Assembly: GCA_024234895.1 (NCBI GenBank)
Contig: JACKNJ010000002.1
Coordinates: 395,565 to 459,564, forward strand
Direction: 5' to 3'
Source of the DNA: Gammaproteobacteria bacterium
GTDB taxonomy: Bacteria; Pseudomonadota; Gammaproteobacteria; JACKNK01
DNA: 64,000 bases
Shown here: positions 1-9,317 of the stretch, in pieces
Numbering within the stretch: the stretch's first letter is position 1
Layout: every line of letters begins with the position of its first letter
The notes under the pieces: model-generated
What the model saw: the letters and a program-made list of their open reading frames with translations, nothing else
Databases searched by the model: none
Told to the model about the DNA's origin: nothing
Program-made: the position numbers and the translations under genes

Positions 1-594
1 GACGCGATCGAACTGAATATCTCGTGCCCGAACGTGAAGGAGGGCGGCGCGGCCTTCGGCAACGACCCGGATGTGTCGGCACGCGTGGTCGCGGCGGTGC
101 GCGCGGCGACCCGCAAGCCGCTGATCACCAAGCTGTCGCCGAACCAGACCGACATCGCCGAAAACGCGCGCCGCTGCATCGAATCCGGCACCGACGGCTT
201 TGCCGTCATCAACACCCTGATGGGCATGGCCATCGACATCGAGCAACGCGCACCGGTGCTCGGCAACAACCAGGGCGGGCTGTCCGGGCCGGCGATCAAG
301 CCGGTCGCCGTGTTGAAGACCCATCAGGTCCATCAGGTCGCACGCAGGCACGGCATCCCGATCATCGGGCAGGGCGGCATCACCAGCGCCGCCGATGCCC
401 TGGAATTCATCATCGCCGGCGCGTCAGCGATCGGTGTCGGCACCGCGCTGTTCTACGACCCGCTGGTCTGTGAATCGATCAACGCCGGTATCGCCGATTA
501 CCTGCGCCGCCACCAGTTGAGCAGCGTCGCCCAACTGGTCGGAACACTGGAATTGAACTCCGCGATCAGCGCCTGCGACGTCTGCGTCGACTGA
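1..594 (+). CDS. pyrD: Dihydroorotate dehydrogenase, class 1 catalytic subunit (C-terminal part, 5' end outside window)
   Basis: Frame 1 is open from nt 1 (DAIELNISCPNVKEGG...), so the ORF-track Met at 34 is internal. Class-1 DHODH motifs are present: NISCPN, GGLSGPAIKP, IIGQGGI. Confidence 0.85.
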   Translation, partial: DAIELNISCPNVKEGGAAFGNDPDVSARVVAAVRAATRKPLITKLSPNQTDIAENARRCIESGTDGFAVINTLMGMAIDIEQRAPVLGNNQGGLSGPAIKPVAVLKTHQVHQVARRHGIPIIGQGGITSAADALEFIIAGASAIGVGTALFYDPLVCESINAGIADYLRRHQLSSVAQLVGTLELNSAISACDVCVD

Positions 595-597
595 ACC

Positions 598-1305
598 TCA
601 GTCGTCGAGCGGCTGGCCGAGCAACTCCGCCAGCCGCTCCGGGGTACGCACGTAGATCAGATTGTGATCGGTCTCGATCGCACCATCCTTGCGCAACTTG
701 CCGAGCACGCGACAGAGCGTTTCCGGGGTGATGCCGAGCGCGCAGGCCAGTTCGGAGCGACGGCCGGGCAGGTGGCTGACGGCCACGTCCGGCTGTTCGT
801 CGTCGTAGTTGTCCATCAGGTAATGCACGACGCGCTGTTCCGCGGAATGACAGGTCGCGGAGCGCAACTGCCCGACCAGCTGATGGGCCCGCCGGCTCAG
901 CACCGCGAGCATGTTCCAGCTCACATGGGGGTGCTGGTGCATGTAGCGAGCGAGTGCGAAACCATCCACCGCCAGCACCGAGGCATCCGAACTCGCCATT
1001 GCCGACACCGGATAGCCCTGCCCGGAGAACAATGCGGCCTCCGCGAAGGAATCACCCGGCTCGATGAATTCGATGACCTTTTCCTGGCCCTTCGGTCCGA
1101 GCACGAACAGTTTGATCAAACCGCTCTCGGCGATGTAGATCGCGCTGCACGACTCCCCGGCACGGAACAACACCTCGCCCATCCTCAGGCCACGCAGGTG
1201 ACTCATCTCGGCGATGGCCGCGATGTCCTCGTCACCCAGACCGGAAAACAGGCGCGCCGATTTGAGCATCTCGCGCGCGATGGACCCACGGTCGTTCTTC
1301 GTCAT
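598..1305 (-). CDS. Crp/Fnr-family transcriptional regulator (Dnr/NnrR-like, no N-terminal Cys cluster)
   Basis: 235 aa. It has a cNMP-binding-type beta-roll (GEVLFRAGE..IYIAESGLIKLF) and a C-terminal HTH with an FNR-type E--xR recognition helix (ITPETLCRVLGKL). It lacks the FNR Cys-X2-Cys-X5-Cys cluster. Confidence 0.85.
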   Translation of the reverse strand: MTKNDRGSIAREMLKSARLFSGLGDEDIAAIAEMSHLRGLRMGEVLFRAGESCSAIYIAESGLIKLFVLGPKGQEKVIEFIEPGDSFAEAALFSGQGYPVSAMASSDASVLAVDGFALARYMHQHPHVSWNMLAVLSRRAHQLVGQLRSATCHSAEQRVVHYLMDNYDDEQPDVAVSHLPGRRSELACALGITPETLCRVLGKLRKDGAIETDHNLIYVRTPERLAELLGQPLDD

Positions 1306-1401
1306 CGGACTCCCCCCCTTCCGCAGCCGATGCCTCTTCTTGTCGGGGAGGCATTTTCGGCAAATTAGTAATTATCGTATTACAGCAATAACTTATACGC
1401 C

Positions 1402-1415
1402 TTGACATTCGTCAA
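1402..1415. promoter_or_regulatory. FNR/Dnr-type palindromic box TTGAC-ATTC-GTCAA
   Basis: Perfect 5-4-5 palindrome in the divergent intergenic region. It lies about 90 bp upstream of the hao-like ATG and about 97 bp upstream of the regulator ATG. It fits the TTGAT/C-N4-ATCAA/GTCAA family of sites. Confidence 0.55.
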
Positions 1416-1504
1416 GCTCGTTCGTTGTTGCAACCCCTGCGGGTCCCTACGCTGAGCAAACCCATATTGGGGTAATGGTTTCTCGCACCTAGGGGGAATG
1501 GGAA

Positions 1505-3001
1505 ATGCTCGACAACAATCAGACGAAAGCACGAGGTTGGCGTGCCATCGCGGGTGCGCTCGCGGTAGCCGGCCTGCTGCTCAGTGCGCCCGCCGATGCG
1601 GCGCGCCCTGGCGGCGAAAAAGGCAAGGACTGGGGCAATCCGGCGGGCGAAGGCTGTATCGCCTGTCATGCCAGCGTGAGCCCGGGGCTGTTTCAGGAGT
1701 GGAACAACTCCCAGCATGGTCAGGTAGGCGTCAACTGCCTCGACTGCCACAAGGCGGAAGAAGGCGACGTCGACGGCTACATGCACAACGGCCAGCGCAT
1801 CTCGATCATCGTGACGCCGAAAGACTGCTCCCGCTGTCACTCGACCGAGTTCGAGGAGATGGACGGTTCGCACCACTCGCACGCCGGACGCATCCTCGCG
1901 TCGCTCGACAACCTGCTCGGTGAGGTCGTCGGTGGCCCGGCGGCCGTCAACGCCGGCTGCCGTCAGTGTCACGGTGCCAAGGTCGAGATCGGTGAAGATG
2001 GCAAGCCGATTCCGACGACCTGGCCGAATACCGGCATCGGTCGCCTGAACCCGGACGGCTCCGAGGGCACCTGCTCCGCCTGCCATGGTCGCCATCGCTT
2101 CAGCCGCGCCCAGGCCCGTACCCCGGATACCTGCGGCAAGTGCCACGTCGGTCCGGATCATCCGCAGATCGAGGTCTACAACGAGTCCAAGCACGGCATC
2201 ATCTACCGTGCCCAGGTCGACGAGATGAACCTCAACTCGGACAAGTGGGTTGCGGGTGTGGACTACACCGCCGCGCCGACCTGCGCGACCTGTCACATGT
2301 CCGCGTCGCCGCGTGAGGGCAAGACCCACAACGTCGGTGACCGCATCTCCTGGACGCTGCGTCCGCCCATCTCCCAGAAGATCAATCTGGTCCGCCTGGA
2401 GAACGGTCAGGAATTCGACGTCAAGGAAGGCGGCGAGATCCCGAAAGTCGGTGATGAGGCCAAGGGTTCCAAGGTCGTCGAAGTCCTGACCTGGGAACAG
2501 CGTCGGCAGAAGATGAAGAACGTCTGCACGGCCTGCCATACCAGCAGCGTCATCGAAGGCCACTACTACCAGTTCGATGGTGTCGTGGACCTCTACAACG
2601 ACAAGTTCGCGAAGCCGATCGCCGCTGTCATGGGCGAGCTGAAGAAGGCCGGCTACATCACCGGTGCGCCGTTCGACGAAGAGATCGAATGGACCTGGTG
2701 GGAGATCTGGCACCACGAGGGTCGTCGCGCCCGTCACGGCGCCTCGATGAACGGCCCGGACTACACGTGGTGGCACGGTCTCTATGAAGTCGCCAAGCAC
2801 ACCTACTTCGAGTGGATTCCGCAGCTGCGTGAAGCCGTCCACAAGAAGGATGGCAACGAGAAGTTCGCCGATGAAATGCTTGAGAAGTACTTCAAGCCGA
2901 TCGACGGCCACGACTGGTACTTCAACGGCATGAGCAAGGAAGCGATCGACAAGGTTCGCAAGGGCTTTGAAGAACGCTACGGCAAGGGCGCCCTGAAGTA
3001 A
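1505..3001 (+). CDS. Octaheme cytochrome c of the hydroxylamine oxidoreductase (HAO) family, secreted
   Basis: 498 aa with a signal peptide (..LLLSAPADA). Eight CxxCH motifs start at C51, C78, C108, C152, C190, C210, C260 and C341. HAO-family blocks are present: CSACHGRHRFS, CGKCHVGPDHPQIEVYNESKHG, APTCATCHM, CTACHTS. SD is AGGGGGA. Confidence 0.85.
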   Translation: MLDNNQTKARGWRAIAGALAVAGLLLSAPADAARPGGEKGKDWGNPAGEGCIACHASVSPGLFQEWNNSQHGQVGVNCLDCHKAEEGDVDGYMHNGQRISIIVTPKDCSRCHSTEFEEMDGSHHSHAGRILASLDNLLGEVVGGPAAVNAGCRQCHGAKVEIGEDGKPIPTTWPNTGIGRLNPDGSEGTCSACHGRHRFSRAQARTPDTCGKCHVGPDHPQIEVYNESKHGIIYRAQVDEMNLNSDKWVAGVDYTAAPTCATCHMSASPREGKTHNVGDRISWTLRPPISQKINLVRLENGQEFDVKEGGEIPKVGDEAKGSKVVEVLTWEQRRQKMKNVCTACHTSSVIEGHYYQFDGVVDLYNDKFAKPIAAVMGELKKAGYITGAPFDEEIEWTWWEIWHHEGRRARHGASMNGPDYTWWHGLYEVAKHTYFEWIPQLREAVHKKDGNEKFADEMLEKYFKPIDGHDWYFNGMSKEAIDKVRKGFEERYGKGALK

Positions 3002-3042
3002 GCCATCGCCCACGCTCCGGCCCTGCCGGAGCCACAGAGGAA

Positions 3043-3072
3043 ACGGCCCGGGAATGCCCGGGCCGTTTTTTT
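3043..3072 (+). terminator. Rho-independent terminator after the hao-like gene
   Basis: Hairpin CGGCCCGGG-AAT-GCCCGGGCCG followed by a run of 7 T. Confidence 0.8.
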
Positions 3073-3099
3073 ACTCTCCCGCAAATTGGGGAAAACGAT

Positions 3100-3534
3100 A
3101 TGAAACGCCTGCTATTGAGTGTTCTGACCACCCTGACCCTGCTGAACGGTGTCGCATCCGCCGACGTCGCGCCGATCGATCAGGCCGCGACCGCGATCGA
3201 GGAAGGCGCGATCGATCGGGCGCGGGAACTGCTCACCGGATTGCTGCAATCCGAGCCGGATAACGTCGAGGCCTTGTTGAAGCTCGGCGGGCTGGAACTC
3301 GGGTCCGGCAAATACGCGGAAGCCATCGAGCTGCTGAAAAAAGCCGCCTCACTTGACGCCGCCACCCCGCGTCCCTTCATCGGTCTCGCGCTTGCCTATG
3401 TCCACACCGGTCGAGGCGTGCTTGCGCACGCGGCCATCCAGGAAGCCATCAGGCGCGATCCCGGCAAGGCGGAAGCCCTCAAGCCCCTGCTCGATCGCCT
3501 GGCGCAGGCCGACGCGCCGCCGGTCGCGCACTGA
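3100..3534 (+). CDS. Secreted tetratricopeptide-repeat protein
   Basis: 144 aa with a signal peptide (MKRLLLSVLTTLTLLNGVASA). TPR-like repeats are visible (EALLKLGGLELGSGKYAEAIELLKKAASLD..). Confidence 0.7.
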   Translation: MKRLLLSVLTTLTLLNGVASADVAPIDQAATAIEEGAIDRARELLTGLLQSEPDNVEALLKLGGLELGSGKYAEAIELLKKAASLDAATPRPFIGLALAYVHTGRGVLAHAAIQEAIRRDPGKAEALKPLLDRLAQADAPPVAH

Positions 3535-3555
3535 CCGGTTTTTCGCGGCCTGAAC

Positions 3556-4969
<1,414 letters not shown>

Positions 4970-4977
<8 letters not shown>

Positions 4978-6046
4978 TCGTGATCTCCATGGGCAGGTAG
5001 ATTGAGAAAACGGTGCGGCCAGGCTGGCTTTCGCATTCGATCAGGCCCTGATGACGGTTTATCAGTGACTGCGCGATCGGCAGGCCCAGGCCGGTGCCCT
5101 CGGCGCGCGAGGTCACCATGGGAAAGAAAATCCGGTCCTTGTACTCCGGGTCGACGCCCGGACCGTCATCGATGACGTCGACGCGCAGGACCAGGCGGTG
5201 GCGGTTCGCACCGATCGTGAACTGGCGTTGCGCGCGGGTGCGCAGCGTGATCGTTCCGCCCGTCGTCCCGATTGCCTCGACCGCGTTCCGGACCAGATTC
5301 AGCAGCGCCTGGATCAGCATTCCGCGATCCGCGGACAACTCCGGGATGCTCGGGTCGTAATCGCGCACGATGCGGACCCGGGTGCCGGCTTCCGCCGCAA
5401 TCAGGCGGATGATGTGTTCGAGCACCTCGAGGATGTTCACCGCCGCGAAACGCGGTTCGTTGCGGGGACCGAGCATCCGGTTGACCAGCGTCTGGAGACG
5501 GTCGGCCTCGGCGATGATGACCTGGGTGTACTCGAGCAGTTCCGGGTCGCTCAGTTCCTTCTGCAGGAGCTGGGCCGCGCCGCGCAGGCCGCCCAGCGGG
5601 TTCTTGATCTCATGTGCCATGCCGCGAACCAGCGCGCGACTCACCTTTTCCTGCGCGAGCAGGGCCTCCTCACGGTTGATGCGCAGGTGGCGATCGACCT
5701 GGACCAGCTCGACCAGCAGCGAAACGGGGCCGTCGTCGTCCACCAACGGCGTGACCGTGCAATCGACGGTGATGATCTGGCCGTCGCTGCGTTGCAGTTC
5801 CAGCTCGCGCTCCGCGAACGGCTGATCCTGCTGGATGGACCGGCGCATGCAGTCGTGGGCATCTTCCATGCCGTTGAAGATGTCGGCGACACCCTGGCCG
5901 AGCGCGTGCCGCTCGCTGATGCCCAACAAGGCCTCGGCCGCCGGATTCAGGTAGGTGAGGGTGAGATTGCTGTCGAACAGAAGCACGGCGGCGGATTGGT
6001 TCTCCACCACCTGACAGGCGATCGAACGTGTGGTCTGGGCGTCCAT
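4970..6046 (-). CDS. ntrB: Nitrogen regulation sensor histidine kinase NR(II)
   Basis: PAS domain followed by an H-box (MAHEIKNPLGG) and an HATPase domain (GTGLGL). I chose the start at MDAQTT.. (ATG 6046), which matches NtrB N-termini (..AVLLFDSNLTLTYLNPAAE). The ORF-track Met at 6094 is probably upstream of the true start. It overlaps the ntrC start by 8 nt. Confidence 0.9.
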
Positions 6047-6156
6047 GGAATCTGTGTGTGCAAAAACCGATCCATTGATACCAACGTGGATCAATACGCC
6101 AAGTCTTTGAAAAATATGGCCTTGCGACTATCCATATCAAGGCCGGATCGCGGGCG

Positions 6157-6173
6157 TGCACCATTGTAGTGCG
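6157..6173. promoter_or_regulatory. Putative NtrC binding site upstream of ntrB
   Basis: TGCACCA-TTG-TAGTGCG compared with the consensus TGCACCA-N3-TGGTGCA. The left half is perfect and the right half has 2 mismatches. Confidence 0.45.
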
Positions 6174-6191
6174 CCATCGATTTGACCGTGC

Positions 6192-6230
6192 ACAAAAAAA
6201 ACGCCCCCGTGCTCCGGGGGCGTTTTTTCC
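6192..6230 (-). terminator. Rho-independent terminator after glnA (structurally bidirectional)
   Basis: Hairpin ACGCCCCCG-tgct-CGGGGGCGT. It is flanked by an A-run on the plus strand (a T-run on the minus strand after the hairpin) and by TTTTTT on the other side. Confidence 0.8.
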
Positions 6231-6281
6231 GACCCTGGCCACTTGCGTGACCCGGGTTCGGGCTCCTTGAATCCGTCTGGA

Positions 6282-7691
6282 TCAGCAGGAGTAGTACATG
6301 TCGAACTCGATCGGGTGAGTCGTCATGCGCAGGCGCTGAACCTGCTCGTACTTCAGCGTGATGTACGCATCGATGACGTCATCGGTGAACACGCCACCGG
6401 CCTTCAGGAACTCACGATCGGCATCCAGGGCGTCCAGGGCCTCATCCAGGGAGGAGCAGACCTTCGGGATCTTCTTGTCCTCTTCCGGCGGCAGGTCGTA
6501 CAGATCCTTGTCCATGGCATCGCCCGGGTGGATCTTGTTGATGATGCCGTCGAGGCCGGCCATCAGCATCGCCGCGAACGACAGATACGGATTGGCGATG
6601 GAGTCCGGGAAACGGACTTCGATACGACGACCCTTCGGGTTGGCGACGTACGGGATACGGATGGACGCGGAACGGTTGCGGGCGGAATAGGCCAGCATGA
6701 CCGGGGCTTCGAAGCCCGGCACCAGACGCTTGTAGGAGTTGGTGCCCGGGTTGGTGAAGGCATTCAGGGCCTTGGCGTGCTTGATGATGCCGCCGATGTA
6801 GTACAGCGCGGTCTCGGACAGGCCGCCGTACTGGTCACCGGAGAACAGATTCACACCGTCCTTCGCGATGGACTGGTGGACGTGCATGCCGCTGCCGTTG
6901 TCGCCGACCATCGGCTTGGGCATGAAGGTCGCGGTCTTGCCGTAGGCATGGGCGACGTTGTGGATGACGTACTTGAGCTTCTGCACCTCGTCGGCCTTCT
7001 TGACCAGGGTGTTGAAGCCGACGCCGATCTCGCACTGGCCGGCGGTGGCGACTTCGTGGTGGTGCACTTCGACGCGCAGACCGACGTCTTCCATGGTCAG
7101 ACACATGGCGCCGCGCATGTCGTGCAGGGAGTCGACCGGCGGAACCGGGAAGTAGCCGCCCTTGACGCCCGGGCGGTGACCCATGTTGCCGTCTTCATAG
7201 GCACGCTCGGAGTTCCACTTCGCTTCTTCGGAATCGATCTTCACGAAGCAGCCGCTCATGTCCGCGCCCCAGCGGATGTCGTCGAACACGAAGAATTCAT
7301 TCTCCGGGCCGAAGTAGGCGGTGTCGCCGATGCCGGTGGACTGCAGGTAGGCCTCGGCACGCTTGGCGACGGAGCGCGGATCGCGCTGGTAGCCTTGCAT
7401 GGTCGACGGCTCGATGATGTCGCAGCTGATGTTCAGGGTCGGTTCGTCAGTGAACGGGTCCAGGAACGCGGTGGAGGCTTCCGGCATCAGGATCATGTCG
7501 GACTCGTTGATGCCCTTCCAACCCTGGATGGAGGAGCCATCGAACATCTTGCCTTCTTCGAACACTTCTTCATCGAACTCGGAGACCGGCACGGTCACGT
7601 GCTGTTCCTTGCCGTGGGTATCCGTGAAGCGGTAGTCAACGAACTTGACACCCTTCTCTTCAATCAACTTCATCACGTCACTAGCGGACAT
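6282..7691 (-). CDS. glnA: Glutamine synthetase type I
   Basis: 469 aa and collinear with GSI throughout ([31 protein letters not shown]..., adenylylation-loop region NLYDLPPEE). SD is GGAGGAG. Confidence 0.97.
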   Translation of the reverse strand: MSASDVMKLIEEKGVKFVDYRFTDTHGKEQHVTVPVSEFDEEVFEEGKMFDGSSIQGWKGINESDMILMPEASTAFLDPFTDEPTLNISCDIIEPSTMQGYQRDPRSVAKRAEAYLQSTGIGDTAYFGPENEFFVFDDIRWGADMSGCFVKIDSEEAKWNSERAYEDGNMGHRPGVKGGYFPVPPVDSLHDMRGAMCLTMEDVGLRVEVHHHEVATAGQCEIGVGFNTLVKKADEVQKLKYVIHNVAHAYGKTATFMPKPMVGDNGSGMHVHQSIAKDGVNLFSGDQYGGLSETALYYIGGIIKHAKALNAFTNPGTNSYKRLVPGFEAPVMLAYSARNRSASIRIPYVANPKGRRIEVRFPDSIANPYLSFAAMLMAGLDGIINKIHPGDAMDKDLYDLPPEEDKKIPKVCSSLDEALDALDADREFLKAGGVFTDDVIDAYITLKYEQVQRLRMTTHPIEFDMYYSC

Positions 7692-7766
7692 TGAAACTCC
7701 TCCGAGTTGGATCAGTTTGGATAAGTGGGGGATGGCCCCGGAACGATAAGCCCGGCCCGCTTTGAC

Positions 7767-7781
7767 GCAGTAAATATGCCA
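7767..7781 (-). promoter_or_regulatory. Sigma54 (-24/-12) promoter of glnA
   Basis: The minus strand reads TGGCAT-ATTTA-CTGC, with GG-N10-GC spacing as in TGGCAC-N5-TTGC. It lies about 75 nt upstream of the glnA ATG. Confidence 0.65.
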
Positions 7782-7874
7782 AGGGGTTAGGCATGTAAAA
7801 TCAGTGTGTTAGCGAAACTCCGGATACACAGCACGGGTTTGCGTGACCAACAATGGTGCGCGTACCACCCATAT

Positions 7875-7891
7875 CGCACCACCGTGGTGCA
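7875..7891. promoter_or_regulatory. NtrC upstream activator site for glnA
   Basis: CGCACCA-CCG-TGGTGCA matches TGCACCA-N3-TGGTGCA at 16 of 17 specified or spaced positions (1 mismatch). It lies about 100-130 bp upstream of the sigma54 promoter. A second near-palindrome, TGGTGCGCGTACCA, sits at 7854-7867. Confidence 0.65.
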
Positions 7892-7899
7892 TATGCTGC

Positions 7900-9057
7900 T
7901 CAATGGTAATACACCCGGACTTCGCCGATATGGTCCAGTTCACGGGTCGCGGCAATCAGCGCGGTCCGCACCTGGTGCCGCCGATCCGCGTCGCCGACGC
8001 AAGCAAGGTCCACGGTCAGGTCGAGATGCACGTGACCGTCGAGATAGTGCATGACCACTTCCTCGACCATCGGGCAATTGTGCCGTTGCCAGGCCTGCTG
8101 CAACAGGGGCAGGAGCGCGCTTCTGCTGGGCAAGCCCTCGCAGGGGGCGGCTTCCTCGTCATCCTCCGGATCGATATGCACGGTGACGTCGGTGAGCTCC
8201 TCGATGTTCTTTACCAGTGCAAGCCGGACCGTCTCGCTGATCTGGTGGCCTTCCGAAACGCTCAATCTCGGTGCGACCTGGATGTGCACGTCGGCGAGCG
8301 CATCCGGCCCCATGCGGCGCGTGCGCAGCATGTGCAGGCTGCGCACCCCGGGGGTACCGACGATGATCTCCTGAATCGCCTGCACGCGATCTTCCTCGAG
8401 ACCGGTGTCGACCAGTTCGCGCACGCCCTGGCGGATCAGATCCCAGCCGATCTTGGCGATCATCACCGCCACGCCCAGCGCGGCGATGGCGTCGAGCACA
8501 GGCACGCCAAGCATGGCGCCGCCGACGCCGATCAATACGACAATCGAAGAGAACGCATCCGAGCGGTGGTGCCAGGCGTTGGCCTTGAGCAGATTCGAGC
8601 GGATGCGCCGCGCGATGATCAGCGTGTACCAGTAGAGCGCCTCCTTGGAGACGACCGAGGCGAGGGCAACCCATAACGCGATGGTGGAGGGGATCGGCAG
8701 GGATTCGGGATCCGCCAGCCGCGCGGTCGCGTCGACGCCGATGCCGATCGCGACCAGCATCAGGATCACCCCCAGCAAGACGGTCGCGACCGTCTCGATG
8801 CGACCGTGACCATAGGGGTGATCGTCGTCGGCCGCCGCGCTGCCATGCCGGGAGGCGACCACCACGATCGCATCGGAGGCGAGGTCGGAGAGGGAATGGA
8901 TACCGTCCGCGATCAATGCCTGGGAGTGGCCGATCCAGCCGAACATGATCTTCGCGACACTCAGGACCAGATTGACCACCGCGCCGACGATGGTGGCGCG
9001 TTCGGCCAGGCGGCGACGCTGGATCGGATCGGTGACGACGGGTGTCGGCGTGGGCAT
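7900..9057 (-). CDS. Cation diffusion facilitator (CDF) family metal efflux transporter with an extended C-terminus
   Basis: Six-TM CDF core (..NLVLSVAKIMFGWIGHSQALIADGIHSLSDL.., HHRSDAFSS) and a cytoplasmic domain. I chose the start at MPTPTPVV (ATG 9057), because the ORF-track Met at 9162 would run through the tusA-like gene. Confidence 0.85.
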   Translation of the reverse strand: MPTPTPVVTDPIQRRRLAERATIVGAVVNLVLSVAKIMFGWIGHSQALIADGIHSLSDLASDAIVVVASRHGSAAADDDHPYGHGRIETVATVLLGVILMLVAIGIGVDATARLADPESLPIPSTIALWVALASVVSKEALYWYTLIIARRIRSNLLKANAWHHRSDAFSSIVVLIGVGGAMLGVPVLDAIAALGVAVMIAKIGWDLIRQGVRELVDTGLEEDRVQAIQEIIVGTPGVRSLHMLRTRRMGPDALADVHIQVAPRLSVSEGHQISETVRLALVKNIEELTDVTVHIDPEDDEEAAPCEGLPSRSALLPLLQQAWQRHNCPMVEEVVMHYLDGHVHLDLTVDLACVGDADRRHQVRTALIAATRELDHIGEVRVYYH

Positions 9058-9077
9058 TGGGCGGGAATCGGTCGGGG

Positions 9078-9317
9078 TCAGTCCCCGCCGACCTCGAGGA
9101 CCATCAGGATTTCGCCAGCGTCGTCGCGTGCTTCCAGGACCCGGTGGCCGTTGATGCGGCACCAGGCGCCGATGTCGTTTAGCGCACCGGGGTCGGTGGC
9201 ATGGACTTCAAGGATATCGCCGCGGACGAGTTCGGCGATCCGGTCCTGGGTGCGGATCACGGGCATCGGGCACAACAGGCGGCGGGCATCGAGCTGGTGG
9301 CGGCTCACAGGTACCAA
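9078..9317 (-). CDS. TusA/SirA-family sulfur carrier protein
   Basis: 79 aa with the CPxP active-site motif (LLCPMPVIR) and the ATDPGALNDIGAWC block. It overlaps the stop of the upstream PP-loop gene by 13 nt. Confidence 0.8.
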   Translation of the reverse strand: MVPVSRHQLDARRLLCPMPVIRTQDRIAELVRGDILEVHATDPGALNDIGAWCRINGHRVLEARDDAGEILMVLEVGGD

